64,000 bases of DNA. Origin: an uncultured cyanobacterium (GTDB lineage Bacteria; Cyanobacteriota; Cyanobacteriia; Cyanobacteriales; Nostocaceae). The translations under genes and the position numbers were made by a program. Positions 22,307-33,142 of this stretch are shown piece by piece (positions within the stretch are counted from its first letter, which is position 1; each line of letters starts with the position of its first letter). The notes below the pieces were generated by a model. It was not told the origin of the DNA. It saw nothing but the letters and a program-made list of their open reading frames with translations, and ran no database searches. The stretch covers positions 3,232,001 to 3,296,000 of the forward strand of contig OY970166.1 in NCBI GenBank assembly GCA_963706595.1, read 5' to 3'.

Positions 22307-23122
22307 TTAGGCAGAGAATGAAGAAGTAACGATTGTCCAGAAGAAGGCGATGAGGATGGCAGCGATCGCACCAATTAATGTATTAAAAATGTTTACTACT
22401 TCATTGGTAAGCCAGTCATATTTAGATTGCAACGTTGCGCCGATGACACTTTCTAAATTGGTAGCGATAAATGCTGCTAATATGCACCAACCTATTCCGA
22501 ATAAATCTATCAAACCAACTGCCCATCCGACGCAGGCGATCGCAATTGAAGCCACCACACCGGCTAAGGTTCCCTCTAAACTCACTGCTCCCTCTGTACC
22601 ACGAGATACAGGTTGGAGTGTAGTAATCAAAAAGGTGCGTTTACCGTAGGCTTTACCCACTTCGCTCGCAGTAGTATCAGAAAGCTTCGTACTAAAACTC
22701 GCCACATAGCCTAACAACAGTAAAAACTGGAGATAAGGAACTAAAGACTCGTTACTGGGTATAACTAATCCCGAATTTAAAATACCTACACCCAACGCAC
22801 ACAAAGCCGCAGTCAGAGCCGAACCCCAAACATTTTCCGGTCCTCTAGCTCCAGAACGCTTTTCAGCAATTCCTGCTGCTTCTTTCTCTGCCATGCCAAT
22901 ACGTGTTACACCAGAACCAACCAAAAAATAGAACCCCACCACTAAATATCCTTGCCAACCCAGAGTTACCCAAATCAGTACCCCTAGAAACCAAGCGTGA
23001 AATATTCCTGCTGGAGTGAGTAGCTGTTTGGGAGCAATCCATACTAAACTCAATAAAATTGTGTTCAATCCAATTGCTACCAACCAGGGATTTGCAGAGT
23101 CAATAAAAGATAACATCAGCAA
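22307..23122 (-). CDS. DUF92/TIGR00297 membrane protein (VTE6-like)
   Basis: GARGPENVWGS, KLSDTTASEVGK, GTEGAVSLEGT. Confidence 0.88.
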   Translation of the reverse strand: MLMLSFIDSANPWLVAIGLNTILLSLVWIAPKQLLTPAGIFHAWFLGVLIWVTLGWQGYLVVGFYFLVGSGVTRIGMAEKEAAGIAEKRSGARGPENVWGSALTAALCALGVGILNSGLVIPSNESLVPYLQFLLLLGYVASFSTKLSDTTASEVGKAYGKRTFLITTLQPVSRGTEGAVSLEGTLAGVVASIAIACVGWAVGLIDLFGIGWCILAAFIATNLESVIGATLQSKYDWLTNEVVNIFNTLIGAIAAILIAFFWTIVTSSFSA

Positions 23123-23488
23123 TAAATCATGTGTAGTTTTGCCAGAATATCAACAGAATAACCAATTTTAGAACTGGGATGTTTAATTCCTGCCACTACC
23201 GCATTTAAAAAATGCCCAAGTTATATTCCTCTTACAAGTCCAGGAGAACAGAAACAGGGAAAACAATAAAAATAATCTTTCCCTACTTCTCCAGAGGCAA
23301 TTAACCGCTTCTCCACCCCAATTCAGGCAAACATCGTTATCAGGATATAAGAGGATGTTATTTAAAACTGTGTGCAAATTGACCGTGCCAATTTTAGATT
23401 TTGGATTTTGGATTTTGGATTTTGCTTCAAGTCCCGCCGCTATGCCCTCTGATCAATCTAAAATACTTGCACTCGCTGCGTACACTAA

Positions 23489-23661
23489 GAGGATGTTTTA
23501 AAAGTTTTGGGCGAATATAATTCGCTACTACAGAGGCCAAGTCCACCTCCGTGGACTAATGAAAAATTAAGGTTTCAAACCCACGCAGGTGGGTTTCGTT
23601 TGTGTAGCCGCGACTTCTAGTCGCCAGGGCTAGTAATAAATTAGACTTTTCAAACAACCTC
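23489..23661. mobile_element. MITE, about 173 bp
   Basis: TIRs GAGGATGTTTTAAAAGT / ACTTTTCAAACAACCTC; TAA on both flanks; internal hairpins. Confidence 0.7.
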
Positions 23662-23703
23662 TAAGAAAATCGCAAATATAAATTTTTATTAATAACAATA
23701 GCT

Positions 23704-24135
23704 ATGAGCCAAACTTTATTTCATCTAGCTTTTCCCGTAACTGATATTGCTCAAACTAAAGCATATTATGTTGATGCTCTCGGCTGCATCCCAGGGCGTG
23801 AAAGTCCCCAAGCGCTGATTCTGAATCTCTACGGTCATCAGTTGGTGGCACACATTACGAAGGAAACTCTATCACCCCAACGGACTATATACCCCAGACA
23901 CTTTGGACTAATTTTTATTCAGGAACATGACTGGGAGGAATTACTAGAAAAGGCACAGAAGGAAAATCTGGTTTTTCGGGAATCACCTAAAAATCGCTTT
24001 GTTGATTCTCCCTTAGAACATCGCACTTTCTTTTTAGAAGATCCTTTTTACAACTTGATGGAATTTAAATATTACTGCTACCCAGAGGCGATTTTTGGCA
24101 GTTATCAGTATAACCAAATTGGTGACGGGGCTTAA
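23704..24135 (+). CDS. VOC/glyoxalase-family protein
   Basis: FHLAFPV, GHQLVAH, PRHFG, DPFYNLMEFK. Confidence 0.88.
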   Translation: MSQTLFHLAFPVTDIAQTKAYYVDALGCIPGRESPQALILNLYGHQLVAHITKETLSPQRTIYPRHFGLIFIQEHDWEELLEKAQKENLVFRESPKNRFVDSPLEHRTFFLEDPFYNLMEFKYYCYPEAIFGSYQYNQIGDGA

Positions 24136-24733
24136 CTGGCTCGGCTAAAGCAGATGCTACTGCTGCTAAACTCCTAGAATCTGTCAACATCCAAGAGTGC
24201 AGTACAACTGGCACTACTACTTCTTTTCCCAGTGACATTTGTGAACTATTTGCCGGAACTATCATCAAATCATAGGGTGTCCATATTGATGTAAAGTTTA
24301 ACTGTTCTAACATCTGAGCATCAGCATTTAAATCCTGGATAAATTCACTATTGCGGCGCATTTGCAAGCAGCCGTGACGTTGAGAAGCATAAGCAATTAC
24401 AGTTCCATGATGAGGTGAAGAAATGGTGACAAACCTCTGTAAACGGTTAATTCCTCCTAGCCGTTGAACATAGTAACGGCTGACAATTCCTCCCATACTG
24501 AAGCCTATCAAATCGATTGGTTCATCTGGGACAAAGGTTTTGAGGACATAATCAGCTATCTGCTGTGCCAAAATATCCAGACCAACTTCACCATTATTCG
24601 GAACGAGATTTAGGGTATACACAGACCAACCCAATTGTCTGAGATAACTCGCCATTTTCTGGAAAACGGCTTCTGTGTCGCCAATACCATGTATCAATAA
24701 CACCGAGTTACGCTGTTGGTTTTTGGTGTTCAT
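24065..24733 (-). CDS. Alpha/beta-hydrolase lipase/esterase
   Basis: LIHG oxyanion motif, GFSMGG nucleophile elbow, SPHHGT. Confidence 0.9.
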   Translation of the reverse strand: MNTKNQQRNSVLLIHGIGDTEAVFQKMASYLRQLGWSVYTLNLVPNNGEVGLDILAQQIADYVLKTFVPDEPIDLIGFSMGGIVSRYYVQRLGGINRLQRFVTISSPHHGTVIAYASQRHGCLQMRRNSEFIQDLNADAQMLEQLNFTSIWTPYDLMIVPANSSQMSLGKEVVVPVVLHSWMLTDSRSLAAVASALAEPVKPRHQFGYTDNCQKSPLGSSNI

Positions 24734-24890
24734 CTCCCAAGTCTGCCTGCATTTAAAGTCTGTAGGAAATTTAGCTGAATACTGTTATTGCCTGCCATTG
24801 GGCTATGACAGTTTTCCCACTGGTTAGAAAATAGGAAAATGCAATCCTCGTGAAGCTTTTTTTGATGCTAATTTTTTTTAGCTTAAACAG

Positions 24891-25352
24891 CAAGAAGCCT
24901 CTCACTTAACACGATAGCGGAAGTGATGAGATGAATTGCGCGTGAATTGACGACAGTCTCCCGACCAATGCGACAGCGAGGAAGGGAGACACGGAGGAAA
25001 CGAGCAAAATATTTTAAATTTGGTATAATCGATTTGGTTGACTTCACCCATATTGGTGTCTGATAAGCCTCTGTCCAATAGCATTACGATTATTGGTAAG
25101 CGACTCCGTTGCACAGCATAGAAGCAAGTAGGCACATCTTGATTAATACAGATCACCTCCGGGTTTGTCCTATAGCGCGAATCAGCCAGCATCTCATCCA
25201 GGACAGTAAAATTTGTAGGGTACAAGGTAAGAAATTGCATAGTCTGCGGAGGGGCTTCTCGTGGACTTAAAACAAAGCTCAGTCAATGTCTTCATAGAAG
25301 AGTCGCTGAGAAGCCTACACTGTATGCTTGCATCAGTGTAGGAGTATGTCAC
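24891..25352 (+). mobile_element. Probable non-autonomous IS200/IS605-family derivative
   Basis: Both ends carry AGAAGCCT followed by a subterminal hairpin (CTCACTT..AAGTGATGAG; CCTACACTG..CAGTGTAGG); right end finishes at TCAC; no tnpA/tnpB ORF; left boundary approximate. Confidence 0.6.
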
Positions 25353-25645
25353 GCAGTCTGTGTTATCTGAACCAAAAAATGTTAAGTTTGATTAAGCATT
25401 CTTTGAGAATCTTGCTCTTAGCCACCATAAAATTTAATAATTAATTCTTGATATCTACCAGTTGCGAGTGCTTCTGCACTAAAGAGTTAAGACTATTTGA
25501 CCTGTAGTTTTACTACAATGTTAATTAAGTAGATAATTATAAGCTTTGTCACCCCAATGGCATAGTTGTTGCAAAGAAATGTAATATACTGCCTGCGATT
25601 TTTTTACACCACGATCAAAGATATATAAAGACGGGAGAAATTTTC

Positions 25646-26104
25646 ATGTTCGGTTTTATCAAAAAGTTAATCACTGGTATTTTGGGTTTCCTCACTGGGT
25701 TGTTACCTGGTAAAAAAGGCAATGGCTACTACTTGCAGTTAGATGAACCGACATCGGAGAAAGCACCAGAGGTGTCTCCAGCAGCTACAGCTACAGCGAA
25801 TGGTACAAAGGCTGCGGCATCAGTAGCAGTAAAGCCAGCAGATGCGCTTACTACTCAAAACAATGCATCCACTGCGACAAAAGCTCCCAAAGTAGAAGCA
25901 TCAAAAAATGGCAAAGCGCCTAAAGCTGAACCCGTCGCAGCGCCAGCCGCAATGTCCAATGGGACAAAACCAGCACCTGCTGAAACTACATTTGCACCTA
26001 AATATCTTGCGCCATCAGGTTCTAGCTCTAATGTTCGTCGTCGTCCAGGTGCGAACATGAGTTCTTACCTAGATATGGCTAGTAAAATGAAAACTTCTAA
26101 CTAA
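25646..26104 (+). CDS. Hypothetical protein, Ala/Pro/Lys-rich
   Basis: 152 aa; GGAGA upstream; C-terminal RRRPGANM motif typical of a cyanobacterial family. Confidence 0.8.
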   Translation: MFGFIKKLITGILGFLTGLLPGKKGNGYYLQLDEPTSEKAPEVSPAATATANGTKAAASVAVKPADALTTQNNASTATKAPKVEASKNGKAPKAEPVAAPAAMSNGTKPAPAETTFAPKYLAPSGSSSNVRRRPGANMSSYLDMASKMKTSN

Positions 26105-26111
26105 GTTAGGT

Positions 26112-27176
26112 TTAGTTCATAAATACCAAGCCACTATATAAATGAAACGCTGGGTCCCAATTGGTCTTTTCCCTCCGAAATAGGTGAATGTAAGACTGAA
26201 TGTTGCCCAGCATTTCTGTGTGATCTAATGCTGTTTGTGCGAAGGGTGTAAAATTTGACCACGTTTTAACTTGTGGTATCTGTGGCGAAATCCATTTTAC
26301 TAAGCTCTGCCAATTAATTGTGATGGTATTTTGGCTAGCTTGAACAGCAATTTCTACACCTTTCTGGAATTCATAACCATGATCATAAAGTCGGAGAATA
26401 GAATTTCTACTGGGTAGATGTAAATCACAAAATTGAGCATAGTCTTGGGTTTTGGTTTTCCGTGTTAATTTACGGCTGCTGTCAACGTCTATAACTTGCT
26501 CAAAAATGGGTAACAGTCCGACTACTCTGGCTGTGATTTCTGACCAGTCAAATGTTAGGGAACCTAGTTGATTTTCTCGGTTGCGACAAACAACAGTAGG
26601 TTTGGGGTCAGATGCTGAAAAATGTTTGACCTGAAAAACTTGAATTTGCTGTATTGCAGCTATGGTTGTCCAGAAGCAAGGAACCCCAGCCTGCTGTAGC
26701 TGTTGACCGTAAAATTGGAGTTCTCCTATTTGTCCAGTTCGATATAATCTCCAACCGCGACTTGGTAGCACTAGCCTGGCCGTGTAGGGGTCTAGCTGCA
26801 TAATTTGAGCAAATTTTGGCGCGGCGATAGTTTTCAGTTCTGTGGCTAAAGGTTCTAATACTAATACGCCAGGTTCAGCATGACTGGGTTCGGATGTGGC
26901 TTGAGATATGGCGCGTTGTCTTTCTTCTTGGTCAATTTCTTGGAGTCGTTGCAAACCTTGGCGGGCTTGGTTGACTATTTTGGTGTTGGTTGTAGTCTGT
27001 AGCAGTTGGCGATAAATTTTCTCGGCTTCCTGGCGCTTTCCAGATACTTGATGCAGCTGTCCTAAATAAAATTGCACCCAAGGATTTTCCGGTGTTTCTT
27101 TTAATAGCTGTTTGAGGAGTTTGGCAGCTGTGTGATAATCTTTACGCTCAAAGGCAGTTGCAATTTGTTTAATCAT
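26112..27176 (-). CDS. Tetratricopeptide repeat protein
   Basis: N-terminal TPR-like helices (PENPWVQFYLGQL..EAEKIYRQLL). Confidence 0.8.
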   Translation of the reverse strand: MIKQIATAFERKDYHTAAKLLKQLLKETPENPWVQFYLGQLHQVSGKRQEAEKIYRQLLQTTTNTKIVNQARQGLQRLQEIDQEERQRAISQATSEPSHAEPGVLVLEPLATELKTIAAPKFAQIMQLDPYTARLVLPSRGWRLYRTGQIGELQFYGQQLQQAGVPCFWTTIAAIQQIQVFQVKHFSASDPKPTVVCRNRENQLGSLTFDWSEITARVVGLLPIFEQVIDVDSSRKLTRKTKTQDYAQFCDLHLPSRNSILRLYDHGYEFQKGVEIAVQASQNTITINWQSLVKWISPQIPQVKTWSNFTPFAQTALDHTEMLGNIQSYIHLFRREKTNWDPAFHLYSGLVFMN

Positions 27177-27275
27177 TTTATAATTCGTAATTCATAATTC
27201 GTAATTAAGAGGGTAGAAGTTTACCCTGATTGCAACTACGAATTATTTTGAATAAGAAAGATATTCCTAAATTAT

Positions 27276-27998
27276 TTATACTTCAAAAGTTGCGGAAATT
27301 AGGGTTAAGGCTACTACTGGCGCTGTAACTGCGCGCAAGATCCGCCGACCCAGGGATACTGGTTGAAATCCAGTTGCGATCGCATTCTCAATTTCTGCTT
27401 CTGTCCAGCCTCCTTCTGGTCCTGTAGCAATGACAATTTCTGAACTGTCAGATTTAAGCAAACTGTTTAAATGGGGATAATCTCCACGTCCTTCACAAAT
27501 ATAACGGTGATTTGCTTGACTAGAGGTAATCGCCGTACTAAAAGCTACAGGTTCTAATATTGTGGGTACAAAAGCCCGTTCTGATTGTTCGGCGGCTTCT
27601 GTGGCTATACGTCGCCAGCGTTCGAGTTTTTGCGGACTGGGATTTAGTAAGGTGCGATCGCTCAATACCGGGGCAATACAAGTTACACCCAATTCTGTAC
27701 AATAACGGACTATTTCATCGAATCCATTACCTTTGGGTAAGGCTACCATGAGCGTAACTGCTACAGGTAATTCTGTTTCTACGCTCAGTGTTTCTAACAC
27801 CTGGGCTTGTTCTGCTTCTAACTGCGCTAACCACCATTTTCCTTGACCATCCATTGCAATGAAGCGATCGCCTGCATTTAAGCGCAACACTCTTCTGAGA
27901 TAATGTTGTTGCTCTTTTGTCAAGGTAATCAGAGTTTCTTGAATTTGAGAGGGTGCGATCGCAATTCGTTGTAGTTGCGCCATGTTAGGGACTTCCAA
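27276..27998 (-). CDS. rsmE: 16S rRNA m3U1498 methyltransferase
   Basis: HYLRRVLRL, TELGV, EAAEQSER, GPEGGW, SLGRRILRAVTA. Confidence 0.94.
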   Translation of the reverse strand: MEVPNMAQLQRIAIAPSQIQETLITLTKEQQHYLRRVLRLNAGDRFIAMDGQGKWWLAQLEAEQAQVLETLSVETELPVAVTLMVALPKGNGFDEIVRYCTELGVTCIAPVLSDRTLLNPSPQKLERWRRIATEAAEQSERAFVPTILEPVAFSTAITSSQANHRYICEGRGDYPHLNSLLKSDSSEIVIATGPEGGWTEAEIENAIATGFQPVSLGRRILRAVTAPVVALTLISATFEV

Positions 27999-28235
27999 TT
28001 AAAAAAACATTCCATCGCTGAGGTAGGCAGGGGAGCAGGGAGCAGGCTTGCCGTGAGCGTAGCCGAACGGGAGCAGGGGGGATAAAAAACAAATATGGTC
28101 TGATGAAATGGGGCAATTTATTTTCTGGAAATCCCTTAATTATCTGAAACTGAAGCTGTAAACAGCATAAAATTCAACCTACTCTCTATTAAAAGTAATG
28201 GAGAATAGGTTGAAAATTAAGTACAAACTTCTGAT

Positions 28236-30155
28236 TTACGGCAGATTCTGGAAGTAAGCGTCTAACGCTTCATTTACCAACTCAGTCATTGGTCTATCTT
28301 GGCTAGTGGCGGCTTCTTTCAGCTTGAGATATACTTCATCCTTAATACTGATGCGATGGCGAGATTTACTGGCAGCAGTGGTAGTCGGGGGTTGGTAAGT
28401 AGCAGCAAATTCACGTAGGGCATCAAAACCCAGGCGATCGCAAAAATCCCCAAAGCTTTCCTCATATTCCCGAAAATTCTTGAAGTAAACGAAAATCGGC
28501 TCTAAAAAGCTTTCTATGTCGTTATGGTGTAGCTTCTCTATATAAGGTTGAGCCAATCGCGTCTGAGCCGGCGAACCTCCCAGCCAAACTTGGTAAGATT
28601 CAGGAGCGCTACCCACAAAACCTAATTCTGCCATGTAGGGACGAGCGCAACCGTTGGGGCAGCCTGTCATCCTTACCACAAAATGTTCTTTTTGTAAACC
28701 CAATTTATCCAATAGGGTGCGAATTCGTTCTAAAATACCTGGAATTGCCCGTTCTGATTCGGTGATAGCTAAACCGCAGGTGGGTAAAGCCGGACAAGCC
28801 ATTGCATACCGGACTAGAGGTTCGATGGTTTCAGGGTCATCAACGATACCGCAACTTTGTAAAATTTCCTGAATGGCTGACTTATTTTCTGGCGCAATGT
28901 CGTAAAAAATGATGTTGTGGTGGGGTGTCAAGCGCATGGGTAAGTTAAATTGCTCAACCACTTTCCGCAAGGCAGTTTTCAGTTGAAAGGAACCTTCATC
29001 TTTAACTCGACCATTATCAACGGAAATGCCTAAAAATAGCTTGCCATCACCTTGTTCATTCCAACCGAGGAAATCGTAATATTTAAACTCTGGTAGTGGT
29101 TGGAAGGGTGCGACTGGTTTACCGAAATAATCTTCAACTTGGGTGCGGAACTTATCTACACCCCATTCGTTAATTAAATATTTTAATCTGGCATGACGAC
29201 GGTCTGTGCGATCGCCATAATCTCTTTGAGTGGCAACAATTGCTTTAACTAGCTGGTAGACATCATCTTTGTCCACATAGCAAATCTCGTCGGCTATTCT
29301 GGCAAAGGTTTCTTCCTTATTGTGTGTCCTGCCAAAACCGCCCCCAGCAAACACATTAAATCCTGCTAATTCTCCCTGCGGATTGGTAATTACTACCAAA
29401 GTCAAGTCTTGGGAATATAAATCTACAGAATTATCACCAGGTACAGTCACAGAAACTTTAAATTTACGGGGCATATAATGAGTCCCATAAATCGGTTCTT
29501 CGTTATCGTGGATAATTGTACCGGTGCCATTACGCTGTCTGGCGGCTTTAACTTCTGGGCTTTCTTCCGCGCTAATGACTTTTTCCCCGTCTAACCAAAT
29601 TTCGTAATATGCCCCGGTTTGCGGTGTGAGTAAGTCAGCGATATTATTGGCATATTCCCAGGCGTACTGGTAATCTCGGCGATTCTTAAAAGGGGCTGGT
29701 GGAGCCATGACGTTACGGTTGAGGTCTCCGCAAGCGCCCAAGGTGGAACCCATATTTTTAACTATAGAGGCGATCGCCGCTTTCAGATTCTTTTTTAAAA
29801 TCCCATGTAGCTGAAAACCTTGACGCGTAGTAACTCGTAAAGTGTGGTTTCCGTGTTCATCAGATAAATTATCTAAAGCCAGATACAACTCCGGCGGTAC
29901 AAACCCACCAGGATTTCTTGTCCGCAGCATAAACTGATAATCTTTCTCCTGTCCCTTGACACGGTTATCGCGGTTATCTTGCTGGTAGGAACCATGAAAT
30001 TTGAGAAGTTGTACAGCTTCTTCGCTAAAATGAGTTGTATCTTCAAGGATTTGCGTAGCTACAGGTTCGCGTAAAAAATTACTTCTTTCCTTGATACCTT
30101 CTACTTTAGAAGGCTGATCACGATTGGCAATGGGAGCAGGAGCAGATTTAACCAT
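28236..30155 (-). CDS. sir: Ferredoxin-dependent sulfite reductase
   Basis: [29 protein letters not shown] and TGCPNGC siroheme/Fe-S ligands. Confidence 0.95.
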   Translation of the reverse strand: MVKSAPAPIANRDQPSKVEGIKERSNFLREPVATQILEDTTHFSEEAVQLLKFHGSYQQDNRDNRVKGQEKDYQFMLRTRNPGGFVPPELYLALDNLSDEHGNHTLRVTTRQGFQLHGILKKNLKAAIASIVKNMGSTLGACGDLNRNVMAPPAPFKNRRDYQYAWEYANNIADLLTPQTGAYYEIWLDGEKVISAEESPEVKAARQRNGTGTIIHDNEEPIYGTHYMPRKFKVSVTVPGDNSVDLYSQDLTLVVITNPQGELAGFNVFAGGGFGRTHNKEETFARIADEICYVDKDDVYQLVKAIVATQRDYGDRTDRRHARLKYLINEWGVDKFRTQVEDYFGKPVAPFQPLPEFKYYDFLGWNEQGDGKLFLGISVDNGRVKDEGSFQLKTALRKVVEQFNLPMRLTPHHNIIFYDIAPENKSAIQEILQSCGIVDDPETIEPLVRYAMACPALPTCGLAITESERAIPGILERIRTLLDKLGLQKEHFVVRMTGCPNGCARPYMAELGFVGSAPESYQVWLGGSPAQTRLAQPYIEKLHHNDIESFLEPIFVYFKNFREYEESFGDFCDRLGFDALREFAATYQPPTTTAASKSRHRISIKDEVYLKLKEAATSQDRPMTELVNEALDAYFQNLP

Positions 30156-30422
30156 CAGAATTGTTATAGTATTCTCAATAAGGCATCGGTCAACGCCGAA
30201 GCATTTTTTCGGCTGTGTGATTCCCGGTAATCCGGTCGGAGATAAGAGGAATCATCTAATTTTAACACGCCAAAAAGCCGACTTTATCAGTGATTTAACA
30301 CTTCAAAAAATCGGCTGTTTGTAGAGACGCGATTTATCGCGTCTACAATAAATTCTGATATCTGAGCGGTTAATTCCCCACTCCCCACTCCCCACTCCCC
30401 ACTCCCCACTCCCCCGAAGAAG

Positions 30423-32043
30423 CTATCCATTACCCACATCTTTCTTAACATGGCTGTAAAGCAGACTGTGTGGGGATGACATAGCTTCCATGAGAGGGGA
30501 TGGTTGACAAACTAGACAAAACATGAAAATGAATATATCTATATTGGGATGCGATCGTTAACCAGAAACATCAGATGGGGAGTGGGAATGGAGAAGTTTC
30601 CAGGTAGCGGCGATATCGTGTAATCGCCGTAAACCCCGCCAAATAGTTTTAACTCCCGGCTCACCATCTCCCTTGCGAGCCAGAAAGCCGCCGAGAGTGG
30701 CAATCATTCGCACCGCTTCTCGTAAAGATGGAGGTTTTTTTGGTGGGGTGGGATTTTTGTTGACAGTGGCACATAAAGATTGCCATTCATCAGTTTCTAA
30801 AACAGCATCAGAGGATAAATCAGGGTGAACTCGTGAGGAGTAAGTTAGCCATAATAAACGCCAAGCGACAACAGAATAAGTGGCTAGTGCCATATTGATG
30901 CGGTCAGCAGTGGACAATTGTAATTGTTCAATTCTACACCCACTCTTTAGAGTGTAATGATAGCGTTCTATCAACCAACGATAGGTGTACCATTGCACAC
31001 AACGCGCGGCATCTTCTAAGTTATGAATCTCAAGGCTGGTGAGCAATAACCAACTAATAGGATTGACTCCGGGTGGTGGATGATCTTCTGATGCCAGAAT
31101 TACTTGTAACTTGACAGGTTTTAGCTGTGAACGCCCGATGTGATGTAATGGGACTTGGATATCAACACTAGTGAATCGAATTGTAAGTATCGCTTTTCTA
31201 GCACTATGTTCTGGACTGCGTTTGACCTCTGCTGTCAGTGTTCCATTGGGTTCAATTTGGCGGATTGCAAGATGTAGATATTTCGCACAATGGTCAACTT
31301 TGCGGTTGTGAGTCCCACGAATTAACAAATGGGAATTTTCTGAACGTTTGAGATTAAATAAGTCAAATATGTCTGCTTCTGAGTCACCTATTGTCACCAC
31401 TTGAATCTCTGATGGGACTGAGCTTTGTGTGACTTCTAATCCATCTAACCAGCGCTGACTTTCTTTTAAAAGTGTTTCCCTTTGACGACGTTTTTTCGCT
31501 ATGCCCAAATTTTCAGGTGGTCTAGCCCATACCTGCTGTTCAATAATTCCTAACGGCACTCCATTACTTGTGGCAGCAAATGTTGAATGTACTTTCAATC
31601 CTGATGATTGACGATGGTCAAGATAACCCACACCTTTAGTTTTGGGGTGGTCTGTTAAATCTATGTTTGTTGTGTCTTGAATCGCTAAGACTATTTGATG
31701 TTCTTTGATTCTTTCGATTGTGCTATTTATATGCCCTTGACGAATTTCACTGGCGGGAAAATATGGTGATTTCCAAAAGTTATATGCCGCTTTGGTTGCT
31801 GCCATATTTCCGCTCGCTTGTGGTACGCTGCTATCCGGCTGTGCGGCTAAGTCCTCTACTATCTTGATTAACCGCTTGTTTCGACGAAGGTCTCCTAGGT
31901 CTACCCCAGACAGTTCCTTGGCTGCCCACTTTTCCATGATTCCATTACCCGATTCTGTTCTCTCCACACTATACTTAGCAAGCTTTTTCCCTTTATATTA
32001 AGTATCTTGTTGGATTGTTAAGAAAGATGCGGGTAATGGATAG
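30423..32043 (-). mobile_element. IS4-family (IS50/Tn5-like) insertion sequence, 1621 bp
   Basis: 28-bp TIRs CTATCCATTACCC(A/G)CATCTTTCTTAACA with 1 mismatch; 10-bp TSD CCCGAAGAAG at 30413-30422 and 32044-32053. Confidence 0.95.
30558..31967 (-). CDS. IS4-family transposase
   Basis: LGDLRRNKRL, QDTT, DSEAD, YTYRWLIERYHYTLKSGC (YREK), LGGFLARKGDGEPG. Confidence 0.95.
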   Translation of the reverse strand: MERTESGNGIMEKWAAKELSGVDLGDLRRNKRLIKIVEDLAAQPDSSVPQASGNMAATKAAYNFWKSPYFPASEIRQGHINSTIERIKEHQIVLAIQDTTNIDLTDHPKTKGVGYLDHRQSSGLKVHSTFAATSNGVPLGIIEQQVWARPPENLGIAKKRRQRETLLKESQRWLDGLEVTQSSVPSEIQVVTIGDSEADIFDLFNLKRSENSHLLIRGTHNRKVDHCAKYLHLAIRQIEPNGTLTAEVKRSPEHSARKAILTIRFTSVDIQVPLHHIGRSQLKPVKLQVILASEDHPPPGVNPISWLLLTSLEIHNLEDAARCVQWYTYRWLIERYHYTLKSGCRIEQLQLSTADRINMALATYSVVAWRLLWLTYSSRVHPDLSSDAVLETDEWQSLCATVNKNPTPPKKPPSLREAVRMIATLGGFLARKGDGEPGVKTIWRGLRRLHDIAATWKLLHSHSPSDVSG

Positions 32044-32175
32044 CCCGAAGAAGCAGGGGGTACTGGTGCAGGGAGCAAGGGGGAGTTAGAAATAGAAATT
32101 ACTTTAAACTTCTTTACTTAACAACCGTTCCTCTTCTCCCCTGCCCCCTGCACCCGTTCTTCTTCTCCCCACTCC

Positions 32176-32712
32176 CTATCTAAAGCGATAACCTACACCG
32201 CCATTGATGGTGACAGCAGAACCTAAGCTATTTTCGTAGGCACGGATTCCCACTTTTGCACTGCTATAAACTAGGAAATTCTTCGCAACTTCCGATTCTA
32301 CCCCAGCACCCACCACTACAGAATCTTTATTGCCCAAGGGAGTAGGTGAGCCATTTTTTTCTATAAAAGAATAACCGCCAGTGACAAAAGCGTTCGTGCC
32401 ATTAGCAATCGGCACGTCGAAGGACACTTCTGGGATAATCGCAGTCGTCTCATTATTCCAAATCACATTACCGCGTACCGACAATGGTGCATTTCCCAAT
32501 TTCACCCGACCTGTGAGATTACCACCAAAGTTAGCCGCATTGTTTTCGTCTCCACCATCAGTTAGACCACCTGTAATACCAGCACCAATATAACTGGCAT
32601 CTGTACCCCTTTGTGGTTGGGCAGAAGCAATACCAGCATTAATAATAAGAGGAGCAACTACGAAGGAAGATAATGCTGAAATTGCCACAAAAGACTTGAG
32701 TATATTTTTCAT
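32176..32712 (-). CDS. Secreted/outer-membrane beta-barrel-like protein
   Basis: Signal peptide, alternating beta-strand pattern, C-terminal GVGYRF. Confidence 0.7.
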   Translation of the reverse strand: MKNILKSFVAISALSSFVVAPLIINAGIASAQPQRGTDASYIGAGITGGLTDGGDENNAANFGGNLTGRVKLGNAPLSVRGNVIWNNETTAIIPEVSFDVPIANGTNAFVTGGYSFIEKNGSPTPLGNKDSVVVGAGVESEVAKNFLVYSSAKVGIRAYENSLGSAVTINGGVGYRFR

Positions 32713-33142
32713 AATCTTGCAAAAATTTTGTAGTTTATGCTTATATATTCAAGGTCGAAAACAGTATCAAAAGGTTCCAGATAATTTCTAGATTTTTTTC
32801 ACCCTTGTAATCATTGATGCCGGAGATTTAAGGCTTGTTGGCTGGAATTTATGTAAATCATCAAATTTAAATTAAATAAATCTCTAACTCCCCCTTGCGC
32901 CCTGCTCCCTATCCGTTACTATTTTGGCTATCTGAGATTTTTCCCGAAAAGTAGGCACTTGATCAACTGGCACAATCAGCAAAAGAGATTTCAGCGAAGA
33001 TGTGGTGGCTCAAATATTTAATTAATACCTGTTGTTATAGCTTTTCACTTATGATCAAATAATCGGCTGTAGCAGCTATGGCAACAAGCTTGAGAGGGAA
33101 TCTATAAAGTTAAGATTTGGTAATTCTCATGGAGAGTGAATA

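Noticed and set aside
24902..25240. 112-aa minus-strand ORF
   Set aside because: Lies inside the IS605-like remnant and shows no TnpA or TnpB motifs.
25504..25516. NtcA box candidate GTAGTTTTACTAC
   Set aside because: Spacer is 7 nt, not the canonical 8.
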